Assembly: GCA_024763055.1 (NCBI GenBank)
Contig: JANTGH010000001.1
Coordinates: 877-64,876, forward strand
Length of the DNA stretch: 64,000 nucleotides
From: Desulfobulbaceae bacterium
Lineage (GTDB): Bacteria; Desulfobacterota; Desulfobulbia; Desulfobulbales; Desulfobulbaceae
Reading direction: 5' to 3'
The translations under genes were made by a program, and so were the position numbers. Under the pieces are notes generated by a model that was not told the DNA's origin, did no database searches, and was given only the letters and a program-made list of their open reading frames with translations. Below, piece after piece: positions 29,579-40,842 of the stretch (the stretch's first letter is position 1; each line of letters begins with the position of its first letter).

Positions 29579-32500
29579 ATGATTATTAAAGAACAGACCT
29601 GTCAACAGTTTTTAGACAAGATCGGAGTGATGGTGATTGCCCTTGATGGCCGAGGCAGGATTTCTCTCATTAATACAGCTGGTTGTGTGCTGCTTGGATA
29701 TTCCGCTGAGGAATTGGTCGGTATCAACTGGTATGATCGTTGTATTCCTCCTGAAAACCGGCAAGTATTGCGGGATCGTTTTTTCCGAATCATAGCCGGA
29801 GAAGAGGAGACACCGGAATCCCATGAAAACAAAATATTGACCCGCAACGGCGAGCAGCGAATAATCGGCTGGCATAACACGGTATTAACCGATCACGAAG
29901 GCAGGATCAACGGTATCCTCAGTACCGGTGAGGATATTACAGCCCGGGTGCAGGCCGAAGAGCGAATTCGCCACAGTGAGGAGAGAAATCGTCGTTTTGT
30001 TGATTATGTTTCGGATGCTCTGTTTATTTATGATGGTCGGGGACGTATTGTTGATGTGAATGAGCAGACCTGCGCGAGTCTGGGGTATACCCGTGAAGAA
30101 TTATTGGCCTTGAATGTTTCCGATATCGATCTTGATTTTCCCAAGGACAGGGTTGAAGCTGTGATAGGGAAGACCCTTCTATCCGACGACCCCTTGACTT
30201 TTCAGGGGACGCATCGTCGTAAAGATGGGCATACTTTCTCTGTGGAGGCCAAAGTAAATGTGCTTGAGGAAGGTGATGAACCGCTTTTTATTTCCGTGGC
30301 CCGGGACATCAGTGATCGTCTGTATCAACAAAGAAGACTGCAGGACAAACGGGATTTGCTGCGGGTGATTATCGATTCCATTCCCGATATTATTTGCGTA
30401 AAGGACGGTCAGGGAAGGTGGCTGTTGGCCAATACCTCCGACCTCCGACTCTTTGGCCTTGAAGATGTTGATTATCGAGGAAAGACCGATGCGGAACTCG
30501 CTGAATACACCTCATCATTGTACAGGGATACTTTCCTTACCTGCGAGGCAAGTGATGAGAGAGCTTGGAAAAAAAAGGAAGTAAGCCGAAACAACGAGAT
30601 TATTCGTGTCGTTGATGGAAAGTCCCATGTATTTGATGTCTATAAAATTCCTTTATTTCACAGTGATGGCAGAAGGAAGGTCCTTGTTGTTATAGGCCGG
30701 GATATTACAGAGCAGAAGCAGATCGAGGAAAAATACAGGAATCTCTTTGAACAGTCACCTCTGTCCTATCTGTCCTCTTCTCCCACAGGAAAAATTTGGG
30801 CTATTAATCAATCGGTTACAGACACATTCGGCTATCTTCCCGAGGATGTTGTCGGCAGAAATCTGATAGATTTTATGACGCCTGACAGTCGTCTGCTTTT
30901 TAACCGTCATTATCCGCGGTTTCTGCAGGGAGAAGCGTTTTCCGGTAATGATTATGAGTTGTATAAAGCGGATGGCACCCCCTCTCTGGTTCAGGTCACG
31001 GCAACAGTCATTCAGGATGATGCCGGAAAACCTGTTGCCGTGCAGAGTGTAATAGTTGATGTCACCAGGCAGCGCTCCATTGAAGAGCAGATCCGTGCGA
31101 GTGAGGAGCGCTATCGTCTGTTGTTTGAACGGGCGCCGGTGGGGATTGTTCATTTTGACACCAGTCTTCATGTGACGGATTGTAATGAGAATTATCTGCA
31201 ATTAATGCAGGTCGACCGTGACCAGGTGATAGGCTTTAATGTAAGAAAACTGAAGGACAAGAGAATACTGCCGGCCTTGGAAGAAACCCTGGCTGGAAAG
31301 GAAGGATGGTGGGAAGGAGAGTATCGCACAACAATCAGAAGGATGACAATATTTATCTCGTTACGAACCGCTCCCTTGTATGACGGGCATGGGAAAGTAC
31401 GGGGTGGAATGGCTATAGTTGTTGATGTTTCACGGCAGAAACAGGCAGAGACGGAAAAAATTCGGCTTATGTCGGCTATTGACCAGGCTGCGGAAGCGAT
31501 TGTCATCACCGATGCTGATGCCTTGATCGAGTATGTGAACCCGGCCTTTGAGCGTTTGACCGGTTATAGTGCCGAAGAGGCCTATGGCAAGAATCCGAAC
31601 ATTCTGCAAAGTGGTGTTCATGGGATTGATTTTTATAAGAAAATGTGGCAGGTGCTTGTTAACGGTCAGGTGTGGAAGGGACATCTGATAAACAGGCGCA
31701 AGGACGGAACGCTTTTTGAAGAAGATGTAACTATCTCTCCTGTTCGCAGCCTGAATGGTAAGATCACAAATTATGTCTCGGTGAAGCGCGATGTTACCCG
31801 GGAAGTTGCCCTGGAAAAACAACTGAATCAGGCAGTGAAAATGGAGGCTATCGGCACTCTCGCCGGCGGCATTGCTCATGATTTTAATAATATCCTTTCT
31901 GCGATCCTTGGCTATGCGGAAATGGTTGAAATACAACTGGCCGAAAATGATCCCGCCAGGCAGGATGTGACCCAGATAATTATTGCCGGTAATCGTGCAG
32001 CCGGTCTGGTCAAGCAGATTTTGACTTTCAGTCGTCAGGAAGAAGAGGACCTCAGATCGGTTAAACTGCAGTTTGTTGTGAAAGAGGCCTTGAAACTGCT
32101 TCGTTCTTCCCTGCCGGCTACCATTGATCTACAGCAACATATTGAGAATAAATGTGGATCCGTACTTGCCGATCCTATCCGTATTCATCAGGTGTTGATG
32201 AACCTGTGTACCAATGCAAAACAGGCTATGGAAGGGCAACGAGGGGAGCTGCGGGTCAGTCTTACTGAATTCGATATTGGTTCCTTTGATCCAAGTGGTT
32301 TCTCTCCGCCCATTCAATCGGGACGCTGGGTTGATTTAACGGTAAGCGATACCGGCAGTGGTATAGAACCGCATATCAAGGGAAGGATTTTTGACCCCTT
32401 TTTCACCACCAAGAAAAAGGGCCAGGGAACAGGCCTTGGCCTGTCAGCTGTTCACGGAATCGTGAAAAGTCATGGCGGAGAGATTACCGTTACCAGTGAG

Positions 32501-32998
32501 CCCGGTCAGGGAACGACCTTTCATGTCTATCTGCCGGTCATTGATCGGGAAAAGGAGGAAGAACACCGCCCTGCTAAACAGGTGCCGCTTCCTCGGGGAA
32601 ATGAACATATTCTACTTGTTGACGATGAACCGTTGCTGGTGGACATCATGGAGCGGATACTGGTAGGGCTTGGTTATATTGTGGACAGCTATACGGACAG
32701 CAGGGAGGCTTTCGACTGGTTCAGCACCCATGGGGACACCATTGATCTTGTTATAACCGACATGACCATGCCCCATCTGACCGGGGCCGAGCTGGCCGGG
32801 AAGATTTTAAAAAGAAGTCCGCAGATGCTGATTATTCTCTGTACCGGCTACAGTGAACTCATTGATGAGGAGCAGACAAAGGTTATCGGAATAAGAAAGT
32901 TTCTTCTCAAACCTGTTGACAGTAGACTCCTCGCTGAGGCAGTTCGGACGGTTCTCGACAATAAGGAGACAGGGCGTAAGAAATACGAAGCGCAGTAA
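29579..32998 (+). CDS. Multi-PAS hybrid sensor histidine kinase with C-terminal receiver
   Basis: 1139 aa. Several PAS/PAC units, H-box [16 protein letters not shown], HATPase (GTGLGLS) and REC (LLVDDEP...[10 protein letters not shown]). Confidence 0.9.
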   Translation: MIIKEQTCQQFLDKIGVMVIALDGRGRISLINTAGCVLLGYSAEELVGINWYDRCIPPENRQVLRDRFFRIIAGEEETPESHENKILTRNGEQRIIGWHNTVLTDHEGRINGILSTGEDITARVQAEERIRHSEERNRRFVDYVSDALFIYDGRGRIVDVNEQTCASLGYTREELLALNVSDIDLDFPKDRVEAVIGKTLLSDDPLTFQGTHRRKDGHTFSVEAKVNVLEEGDEPLFISVARDISDRLYQQRRLQDKRDLLRVIIDSIPDIICVKDGQGRWLLANTSDLRLFGLEDVDYRGKTDAELAEYTSSLYRDTFLTCEASDERAWKKKEVSRNNEIIRVVDGKSHVFDVYKIPLFHSDGRRKVLVVIGRDITEQKQIEEKYRNLFEQSPLSYLSSSPTGKIWAINQSVTDTFGYLPEDVVGRNLIDFMTPDSRLLFNRHYPRFLQGEAFSGNDYELYKADGTPSLVQVTATVIQDDAGKPVAVQSVIVDVTRQRSIEEQIRASEERYRLLFERAPVGIVHFDTSLHVTDCNENYLQLMQVDRDQVIGFNVRKLKDKRILPALEETLAGKEGWWEGEYRTTIRRMTIFISLRTAPLYDGHGKVRGGMAIVVDVSRQKQAETEKIRLMSAIDQAAEAIVITDADALIEYVNPAFERLTGYSAEEAYGKNPNILQSGVHGIDFYKKMWQVLVNGQVWKGHLINRRKDGTLFEEDVTISPVRSLNGKITNYVSVKRDVTREVALEKQLNQAVKMEAIGTLAGGIAHDFNNILSAILGYAEMVEIQLAENDPARQDVTQIIIAGNRAAGLVKQILTFSRQEEEDLRSVKLQFVVKEALKLLRSSLPATIDLQQHIENKCGSVLADPIRIHQVLMNLCTNAKQAMEGQRGELRVSLTEFDIGSFDPSGFSPPIQSGRWVDLTVSDTGSGIEPHIKGRIFDPFFTTKKKGQGTGLGLSAVHGIVKSHGGEITVTSEPGQGTTFHVYLPVIDREKEEEHRPAKQVPLPRGNEHILLVDDEPLLVDIMERILVGLGYIVDSYTDSREAFDWFSTHGDTIDLVITDMTMPHLTGAELAGKILKRSPQMLIILCTGYSELIDEEQTKVIGIRKFLLKPVDSRLLAEAVRTVLDNKETGRKKYEAQ

Positions 32999-33034
32999 TT
33001 CAGCAAACAGGAATTTTTATTAGGAGAATATATT

Positions 33035-34138
33035 TTGGTTGTACAACCAGTTGAACATCGTGTCCTGATTGTCGATGACGAGCGGGATTTACAAAATATT
33101 TTCAGCCGGTTCCTTGAGATTGAGGGGTTTTATTGTCAGACGGCATCCGGTGGAGAGGAGGCTCTGGAGGTGCTCGGACAGAGTGACTTTTCCCTGATGA
33201 TCACTGACATCAATATGCCGGGTATGGGTGGCATAGATCTTTTGCGAGAGGCGAGAGAGCAGTTTCGGGATATGGCAGTGATTGTGGTGTCGGCGGTTGA
33301 CGACCGCAAGGTAGCTGTCAAGGCCTTGGAACTGGGTGCCTTTTCCTATATGATTAAGCCCGTGAGTCGAAATGAACTGGTGATCAATGTTATCAATGGT
33401 CTTAGAGGACGTTTCCTTGAGATGGAACATCGGCGGCAGAACGAAAGGCTTGAGGAGCTGGTTCAAAGGCGTACCCGGAATCTGCAGGAAGCCAAACAGG
33501 AACTGGCTGTTGCCAGTGAAGAAACAGTGTTACGTCTGGCAAAAGCTGCGGAATTTCGCGATGATGAAACTGCTCAGCATACCCTGCGCATGAGCCATTA
33601 TTGTAAGATCATTGCCCATGGTCTCGGTTTTGATCGTGACCGCTGCGAGTTGATTCGTCTCGCAAGCCAGTTACACGATGTGGGCAAGATCGGTATCCCC
33701 GATGCCATTTTACTCAAACCCGGCAAGCTGACCGCAGAGGAATTTTCTCTTATGAAAGAACACGCCCTTTTTGGATTTCGTATTCTTGCGGATTCCAAAG
33801 CGAAATTGTTACAGATCGGCGCAGTTATCGCAAGAGGGCATCATGAGAAATATGACGGCAGCGGCTATCCCGATGGGATCTGTGGTGAGCAGATTCCGGT
33901 GGAGGCCCGGATAGCGGCAGTGGCCGATGTTTTTGACGCCCTGACGACAAAGCGGGTATACAAGGATGCCATGTCGATTACCCAGGCGGTTGATATCCTT
34001 CAACAGGGCGGAGGACTTCATTTTGATCCCGGGCTGCTTGATATTTTCCTGGGCAACATGGATGATGTTGTACGGATTCGAGAACGGTTTCGTGACACTG
34101 GCGATCAGCCGGGAATTAAGAGCATGCTCCGGAAATAA
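33035..34138 (+). CDS. Response regulator with HD-GYP phosphodiesterase domain (RpfG family)
   Basis: N-terminal REC (ILIVDDE...MITDINMPGM). HD-GYP motifs HDVGKIGIPD and HHEKYDGSGYP. Confidence 0.9.
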   Translation: MVVQPVEHRVLIVDDERDLQNIFSRFLEIEGFYCQTASGGEEALEVLGQSDFSLMITDINMPGMGGIDLLREAREQFRDMAVIVVSAVDDRKVAVKALELGAFSYMIKPVSRNELVINVINGLRGRFLEMEHRRQNERLEELVQRRTRNLQEAKQELAVASEETVLRLAKAAEFRDDETAQHTLRMSHYCKIIAHGLGFDRDRCELIRLASQLHDVGKIGIPDAILLKPGKLTAEEFSLMKEHALFGFRILADSKAKLLQIGAVIARGHHEKYDGSGYPDGICGEQIPVEARIAAVADVFDALTTKRVYKDAMSITQAVDILQQGGGLHFDPGLLDIFLGNMDDVVRIRERFRDTGDQPGIKSMLRK

Positions 34139-34150
34139 GCTTGCCGGCTG

Positions 34151-34262
34151 ACATTGTCGGTTTCGTAAAAAGACACAAAACCGACGGTGGCAAGCTACCA
34201 GGTTGCTGTTTTTACGTTTTCAGGTAAAACCGTTTTGGATTTTTCACGAGTCCATCAACATT
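34151..34262. repeat. MITE-like repeat, AATATTGATGG...CGTAAAAA-TIR family, short copy
   Basis: The ends ACATTGTCGGTTTCGTAAAAA / TTTTTCACGAGTCCATCAACATT resemble those of the 49182-49383 element. Confidence 0.45.
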
Positions 34263-34280
34263 GGCCGGGAGTGGTGGTTT

Positions 34281-34676
34281 TCAGGCCTTTTGTTTCAGTT
34301 CCTTAAAATAACGGACATCCGTTTTAACGATATGATGAGTGATCCAGTCAAGAAGGAAATCGACAACGGTATGAATATCTAATTTTTCCGCAGAAAACTG
34401 TTCCATGAATAGTTTAGTTTGACCGATAAAATCAGCATGGATTTTTTTATGTTCTTCGATAGTTGGATGTGCTTGTAGGTAATTTTCTTCATTGGAGAAA
34501 TGAATTTCTACATAGTCAAAGAGTGAAAGCAGGGCCTGCTCAAGAGAAAGTTTGTTATCCGATTGGTTTTTCATTGAATCGAGCATGATCCAGAGCTCAA
34601 AGAGGTACCTGTGCTGCTCGTCAATCTCCTGGTGTCCTACGCTGTATTCAGGTTTCCAGATGGCGGTAATGTCCAA
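34281..34676 (-). CDS. Bacteriohemerythrin
   Basis: 131 aa. W-x-x-x-YSVGHQEIDEQHRYLF start, with His/Glu ligand spacing typical of the hemerythrin four-helix bundle. Confidence 0.85.
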   Translation of the reverse strand: MDITAIWKPEYSVGHQEIDEQHRYLFELWIMLDSMKNQSDNKLSLEQALLSLFDYVEIHFSNEENYLQAHPTIEEHKKIHADFIGQTKLFMEQFSAEKLDIHTVVDFLLDWITHHIVKTDVRYFKELKQKA

Positions 34677-34713
34677 TTTTTTCCTCTTTATGGCTCGACC
34701 TTATCCCAAGGGG

Positions 34714-37700
34714 TTAGGCCGATTTTTCCTGTATTTTTTCTCCACGGCGCTTGACCATATAGTAGAGCACCGGCACGGCCATGCGGCTGATAAGAAGGCT
34801 TGCAATTTCACCAAACATCAGTGAGATGGCAAGTCCCTGGAATATGGGATCGGCTAATATGACCGATGAGCCGACGACCACGGCCAGCGCGGTCAGCAGC
34901 ATGGGACGAAAACGGACGGCGCCGGCCTCGACCACGGCTTCTGCAAGCGGCAGACCGTGGCTGCGGCGCAGTTCAATAAAATCAACCAGGATTATGGAAT
35001 TACGAACGACAATTCCGGCACCTGCCATGAAACCGATCATGGAAGTGGCAGTGAAAAACGCACCCAGCGCCCAATGCGCGGGCAGGATACCAATGAGGGA
35101 AAAAGGAATGGCCGCCATCACTACCAGAGGAGTGATGTAATCTTTGAACCAACCCACCATCAGCATATAAATCAGGATCATAACCACGGCAAAGGCCAGG
35201 CCCAGGTCTCGAAAGACTTCAAGGGTAATATGCCATTCCCCGTCCCATTTCATGGCCGGTTCGGTTTCGGTAAACGGCTGGTGCAGGTTATAGAGAACAA
35301 TATTTTCTTGTCGACCGCCAAAGTCGCGGCCGTCGAGAGCGGTAAGTTTTTTATTCATAGCCAGTATAGGATAGACCGGACTCTCCGCCGCTCCGGCCAC
35401 ATCCCCGGTGACATAGATGACCGGTTTCAGGTTTTTCCGGTAGATTGGCTGCTCGACCGGCCGTTCTTCAACCCGTACCAACTCTCTGAGTGGAACCAGT
35501 GGACCTGCCGGATTTTTATCCGGGCGCAGGGAGATATTGAGGAGGCCGTCAATGGTTGAGCGCATGGCCAAGGGCATTCGCAGCAGGATATTGATCTCTT
35601 CCTTATCCCGGGATTGATGAAAAAGATCAATGGAGCGGCCGTGCAGCCCAAGCTGGATGGCCCGGTTGACAGCCCCTTCTGAAATACCGTTTAAGGCCGC
35701 TTTTTCCTTGTCTACCAGGACAACGAGCTTGCTGCGATCCTTTTCCCGGTACCAGTCAATATCCACCACCCCGTCCGTGTCGGCGAAGATTTTTCTTACC
35801 TTTGTTGCCAGGGACACCCGGTCCTTGTCGGTCGGACCGTAAATTTCGGCTACCAGGGTTTGCAGAACCGGCGGTCCGGGCGGCACCTCGGCTACGGCAA
35901 CAGCGGCCCCATATTTCCCGGCAATGGCGGCAATGGCCGGCCGGACCCTTTTGGCAATATCGTGGCTTTGCTTGTCCCGTTTGCTTTTCGGCAGCAGGTT
36001 AACCTGGATATCGGCCACAGTCGGGCCTGAACGCATGAAGTAATGGCGGACCAGACCGTTGAAGTTATAGGGAGCCGCTGTGCCCGCGTACACTTGGTAG
36101 TTGACGACTTCCGGTTCCACCCCGACAACAGCGGCCATTTCCAGGGCGACCCTAATCGTGTGCTCCAGTGTAGACCCTTCGGGCATGTTCAGGATAACCT
36201 GAAATTCAGATTTATTATCAAAGGGCAGCATCTTGACCTTGACCAGCTTGAAATAAACCATGGAACAACTGGCCAGGAGCAGGAATATGATGACGGCGAA
36301 AAACAGCAGGCGCCAGAAAGCATGGGCCAGCAGCGGCTCCATGAACCTGTGATACAGGCGGGTGAAAAAATCATTCTGGGCATGGTCGGTGTCGGTTTCT
36401 TCCTCAATGGCGCATTCTTCCGGGCTGCAGTCTTTTTTAAGAATATGAATCGCCGCCCAGGGGGTGATGGTAAAGGCGATAAACATGGAGATGAGCATTG
36501 CCGCAGAGGCGCCCACCGGGATGGGGCGCATATAGGGCCCCATCAGCCCGCCGACAAAGGCCATGGGCAGAATGGCCGCAATGACAGCCCAGGTGGCCAG
36601 GATGGTGGGGTTGCCCACTTCGGAAACCGCTTCGATCGCTACAGTGAGCAGGGGTCTGGTTTTATTATAGGGCAGACGCATGTGGCGGACGATATTTTCG
36701 ACAACAACGATGGCGTCATCGACTAAAATGCCGATGGAAAATATCAGGGCAAAGAGGGTGATTCGGTTTAAGGTATAGCCGTGCAGGTAAAAGACGAGCA
36801 GGGTCAGCGATAAGGTGGAGGGGATGGCCAACAGGACAATAAGTGACTCGCGCCAGCCTAAAAAAAGAAGGATAAGTATCGCCACCCCGATGACGGCAAT
36901 ACCCATGTGAAACAGCAACTCGTTTGATTTTTCAGCAGCGGTTTCGCCGTAATCACGGGTAACGGTGACTTCAACATCTTCAGGAATCACGGTCCCCTTC
37001 AGGCTCTCCACTTTTTTTAAAATGGTTTCCACAACATGAACGGCATTGGCTCCGGGACGTTTGGCAACCGAAAGTGTTACCGCAGCCTCTTCCGGTGTGT
37101 TTTTGCCGTGGCCGAACAGGACGTAGTTATCCGGTTCCTCGGGTCCGTCAGCGATTTGGGCAATTTCGTCGAGATAGACGGGGTTGCCGCCATATACTCC
37201 AACAACAATTCTGCCGATTTCTTTTGTCGAGGAGAGAAAGGAGCCGGTCTGCAGGAGTATTTCCTGGTTGTTCGTCATCAGGTTTCCGGCAACTGCCTGT
37301 CGGTTGGCCTGCTGCAGAGCTGGGATCAGTTGTTGCAGGCCCAGATTTCTGGCGGCAACTTTCAGGGGATCGAAGAGAATCCGCACTTGCCGTCGGTTGC
37401 CGCCGATCAGTTTCGTCTCCGCGACTTCAAAAATATTTTTTATCTCATCGTCAATCTGGGCGGCAAGCCTGCGCAGGGCGAAATGGTCATATTTTTTTGA
37501 ATGAAAAGTCAGGGCCAGGACAGGCACATCGTCAATGGTGTGCGGTTTGACAAGCGGCTGCGAGACCCCATGCGGGATCCGGTCAAAGTTGGTAGCCAGC
37601 TTCTGGTTGAGGCGAACGATGGAGTTTTCCAGGTTTTCACCCACATAAAAGCGGGCAACCAACAGGGACCTGCCCTGCATCGAGGTGGAATAGATGTATT

Positions 37701-37965
37701 CAATGCCCGGGAGTTCGTAGAGCAGCTTTTCCATGGGGATGGAAACACGCTCTTCTATTTCCCTGGGACTTGCGCCGGGCATGGAGACCATGACATCAAT
37801 CATGGGAACCTTGATCTGCGGTTCCTCTTCCCGGGGCAGCAGGTAAACGGCAAGCATTCCAAGAAGGAGTGAGGCAAAAACAATAATCAGGGTGAGCTTG
37901 GAATCTATGAAAAAGGAGGCCAGTTTCCCGGCAAACCCTTTATAAATTTTTGGCGTATTATCCAT
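34714..37965 (-). CDS. RND efflux transporter permease (AcrB/CzcA superfamily)
   Basis: 1083 aa with 12-TM RND architecture and two large periplasmic loops. Substrate class not assignable. Confidence 0.9.
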   Translation of the reverse strand: MDNTPKIYKGFAGKLASFFIDSKLTLIIVFASLLLGMLAVYLLPREEEPQIKVPMIDVMVSMPGASPREIEERVSIPMEKLLYELPGIEYIYSTSMQGRSLLVARFYVGENLENSIVRLNQKLATNFDRIPHGVSQPLVKPHTIDDVPVLALTFHSKKYDHFALRRLAAQIDDEIKNIFEVAETKLIGGNRRQVRILFDPLKVAARNLGLQQLIPALQQANRQAVAGNLMTNNQEILLQTGSFLSSTKEIGRIVVGVYGGNPVYLDEIAQIADGPEEPDNYVLFGHGKNTPEEAAVTLSVAKRPGANAVHVVETILKKVESLKGTVIPEDVEVTVTRDYGETAAEKSNELLFHMGIAVIGVAILILLFLGWRESLIVLLAIPSTLSLTLLVFYLHGYTLNRITLFALIFSIGILVDDAIVVVENIVRHMRLPYNKTRPLLTVAIEAVSEVGNPTILATWAVIAAILPMAFVGGLMGPYMRPIPVGASAAMLISMFIAFTITPWAAIHILKKDCSPEECAIEEETDTDHAQNDFFTRLYHRFMEPLLAHAFWRLLFFAVIIFLLLASCSMVYFKLVKVKMLPFDNKSEFQVILNMPEGSTLEHTIRVALEMAAVVGVEPEVVNYQVYAGTAAPYNFNGLVRHYFMRSGPTVADIQVNLLPKSKRDKQSHDIAKRVRPAIAAIAGKYGAAVAVAEVPPGPPVLQTLVAEIYGPTDKDRVSLATKVRKIFADTDGVVDIDWYREKDRSKLVVLVDKEKAALNGISEGAVNRAIQLGLHGRSIDLFHQSRDKEEINILLRMPLAMRSTIDGLLNISLRPDKNPAGPLVPLRELVRVEERPVEQPIYRKNLKPVIYVTGDVAGAAESPVYPILAMNKKLTALDGRDFGGRQENIVLYNLHQPFTETEPAMKWDGEWHITLEVFRDLGLAFAVVMILIYMLMVGWFKDYITPLVVMAAIPFSLIGILPAHWALGAFFTATSMIGFMAGAGIVVRNSIILVDFIELRRSHGLPLAEAVVEAGAVRFRPMLLTALAVVVGSSVILADPIFQGLAISLMFGEIASLLISRMAVPVLYYMVKRRGEKIQEKSA

Positions 37966-38063
37966 CAGTTAATTATAAAGTTATCATCGTTTCGCACCGG
38001 CGTCTTGAAAAATACACTGCAATATCGGGCCATTCATCGTTCAGGTGACATTCTTCATGCCGG

Positions 38064-39089
38064 TCAATTGTTGGTAAGCAGTCGTTGTCCGCTGATGAGG
38101 TGACGATTATTGCCTGTAACGATTTGTTCACCGGCCGCAAGGCCTGAGAGAATTTCAATCCGGCCTTTTTCGTGTATTCCCGTTCGGACCAGTCGAAGCC
38201 TGGCTGTATTTTTTTTCACCACAAATATCTTTTGCAGTTGACCAAAGGGGATGACGGCCTGCTCCGGAACCATCAGAGTAACGGCCTTTGTTCCCGGCAG
38301 TTCGATCCGGGCAAACATGCCGGTACGCAAGCCTGTTGTCGAGGTAAGATTAATTTTTATCGGCAAGGTTCGCGAAACAGGATCAATGACCGGAGAGATT
38401 TCCGCAACCGCACCTTCAATGGTAGTTTTTGCCGTTGGTATATGCACCTGTAATAGTTGATGCTGTTGTATCCGCGATGCAATGGTTGCCGGAATGGAAG
38501 CCACCACCTGCAATTGTCGATCATTTTCAAGGGAAAGCAGCGGCACGCCAGGGGTGGCTAAGTCACCGTTATGAGCAATTTTTTTGGTGATAACACCGGA
38601 AAACGGTGCGGTTATGGTCGTAAAGTCCATGATGCTCACGGCCTCTTTATACCCGGCCCTGGCAATTGCGAGCATGTCGCGCATGGATTTAACGGTCTCA
38701 GGAGTCGAGGCATGTTGCTTGAGTAATTTTTCCTCTCTGTTGAGATTTCTTTTTGCCTGCGTGAGCTGGGCCTGGGCCTGCAGCACCCGGGCGGAAATTT
38801 CTTCAGCGGCGATTTTAACCAGCAAATCCCCTTTCGTTACTCTTGAGCCTAAAACCACCGGCAGTTCGACGATGGTGCCGGTGATTTTAGCGGCTATGAC
38901 GGCCCGGTCTACGGCCTGCACCGTTCCGACGACTTCAACTTTTGAGTTGATCTGTTCTTCGTGGACGGTGATGGTTTGTACTTTGACCGGTGCATTTGTT
39001 CCCGTTGATGTTGTCCCTTGAGCGAGGATCGGAGAAAGACTGCAGCAGGAAAAAAGGCAGATCAGGGCAGCAAATATTGTAGATGGCAT
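38064..39089 (-). CDS. RND efflux periplasmic adaptor (membrane fusion protein)
   Basis: Signal/lipobox-like N-terminus and a coiled-coil hairpin (RVLQAQAQLTQAKRNLNREEKL), followed by barrel domains. Confidence 0.85.
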   Translation of the reverse strand: MPSTIFAALICLFSCCSLSPILAQGTTSTGTNAPVKVQTITVHEEQINSKVEVVGTVQAVDRAVIAAKITGTIVELPVVLGSRVTKGDLLVKIAAEEISARVLQAQAQLTQAKRNLNREEKLLKQHASTPETVKSMRDMLAIARAGYKEAVSIMDFTTITAPFSGVITKKIAHNGDLATPGVPLLSLENDRQLQVVASIPATIASRIQQHQLLQVHIPTAKTTIEGAVAEISPVIDPVSRTLPIKINLTSTTGLRTGMFARIELPGTKAVTLMVPEQAVIPFGQLQKIFVVKKNTARLRLVRTGIHEKGRIEILSGLAAGEQIVTGNNRHLISGQRLLTNN

Positions 39090-39093
39090 GGGC

Positions 39094-40497
39094 TTATTCA
39101 GGTTGTGGAGAGGGGAATTTTTCTGCAGGCTGTGGGTTGTTTTTGGGCTCTGCGTCGGGAAATTGGGGGAGGCCGGCCGCCCGGCGCAGGTCTGCTATGG
39201 CTATCATTCGCGCGGCTTTCGCCAGAGACGAGTGAACCCGGGCGTCGGTCAGCCGGTTTTCTGCATCAATCAGGCTGGACGAGAGAATGACGCCCTCACG
39301 AAATCGTTCCCGGGAGAGACGGGCGCTTTCGTTGGCAAGCGTAACCTGTTTGTCGGTGACGAGGAGTCGCTCCTCGGCCTGCTTGAGCGCTAACTGCGCC
39401 TTTTCAATTTCATAGGTAATGGCCAGGCCCATTTTTCGCTTCATTTCTTTGGTCCGGGCCAGGTCCGCAGTGGCGGCGGCGACGGCGGCCTCGGTTCTGC
39501 TGCCCTCATACAGGTTGTAGTTGAGCTTGACACCGGCCATCCAGGAGTTGCCGCTGTTCTCTTCATCAATAAATCCCTGGTCCACCTGATAACTTCCGAA
39601 GAGATCGGTCGTGGGGTAATAATCTCCCTTTGCTCTGTTTAACTGTTCTTCCGCCGCCTGAATCAGAGCGTTCAGACGTTGTATTTCAGGGCGCCTGTTT
39701 TCATCCGGGTTGTCGGGAACCTGTTGGGGAAATTGCTGGGCAATATCGATGTCGATATCAGGCAGCCGAAGGCCGAGCAGATTGAGAAAACCGCGTTTGG
39801 CTAAGTTTAACCCGTGTCTTGCCTGGATAAGCTGTTCATGGGCGGAAGACTGCTGTACCTCGATATCAAGGAGACTTGCCTTGAGCAGGTCACCAGCATC
39901 ATAGCGGGCCTTTGCCACTGTAAGAGATGCCGTAATAGCGGTAATGGCGGATTTGCGGGCTTCGACGATTTCTTCCGCCTGAACAATGGTATAAAAACTG
40001 CGCACAACTTCGTCGGCTAAAATGGACAGGACGGCTTGCCGGTTTTGTTCTTCGGCCTGTTGCCGCGCTTTTGCCGCATGGACACCAGCCCGGTCCCGGC
40101 CGCCGTTGTAGAGACGATACTTTACCGTGGCGGCAAGACGGAGATTATCGGTCGTTCCCGGATCATTGAAGTTGATATCGTTGGTGAAAGAACCATGGTT
40201 TAAGATATTGCCGAATGAAAAAATGGGATTGTTGGTTTGGCCGTATTCAGCGCTGAGATCAAGACGTGGATAAAAAGCCGCCCCTGCCCGGGTGATGGCA
40301 GCCTTGGCTGCCTCTATTCGCCGGCGGGCAATGCCGGCATCCGGATTTCCCTTCAGCGCCTGCTGTACCGCTGCAACCACTGTCCATTTTTGCGGGTAAG
40401 CCGTCTGTGTATCAGCGCACCACGTCGATGAGGCGGATTGAAGGAAGAGAAAATATGTGAAAGCGCAAATTATTTTGAGAAGATGAGAGCTGTGCAT
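39094..40497 (-). CDS. TolC-family outer membrane efflux protein
   Basis: 467 aa with a signal peptide and duplicated OEP repeats. It lies 4 nt upstream of the adaptor gene. Confidence 0.85.
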   Translation of the reverse strand: MHSSHLLKIICAFTYFLFLQSASSTWCADTQTAYPQKWTVVAAVQQALKGNPDAGIARRRIEAAKAAITRAGAAFYPRLDLSAEYGQTNNPIFSFGNILNHGSFTNDINFNDPGTTDNLRLAATVKYRLYNGGRDRAGVHAAKARQQAEEQNRQAVLSILADEVVRSFYTIVQAEEIVEARKSAITAITASLTVAKARYDAGDLLKASLLDIEVQQSSAHEQLIQARHGLNLAKRGFLNLLGLRLPDIDIDIAQQFPQQVPDNPDENRRPEIQRLNALIQAAEEQLNRAKGDYYPTTDLFGSYQVDQGFIDEENSGNSWMAGVKLNYNLYEGSRTEAAVAAATADLARTKEMKRKMGLAITYEIEKAQLALKQAEERLLVTDKQVTLANESARLSRERFREGVILSSSLIDAENRLTDARVHSSLAKAARMIAIADLRRAAGLPQFPDAEPKNNPQPAEKFPSPQPE

Positions 40498-40842
40498 AAG
40501 CAGAAATATACCCTGAAAAACTTGATGGAGAAAGAAAAGTATAGAGTATCTACCGGCTGTTGTCCATTTTTTTTGTGTGAATGGGTGGAACGGATGTATA
40601 CTGATCGACGCCCCTGACCAATTACCCCGTTGCTACAGTGGTCATGGCCAGATCGGATCTCCCGCATGTATTTCATCGTTGCATGAACCAGCTTATTTAT
40701 TATAACCTGCCTTTTATGTCGACTGCATCGGTATTGATATTCCAGGCGTACGAATAACCGGAATTTGGCGATGAAAATTTTTCGATTTCGTTTTTCTACA
40801 ATATGACGGTTTCCTCCATTATAATGGCGCAACAGTAGAGCG

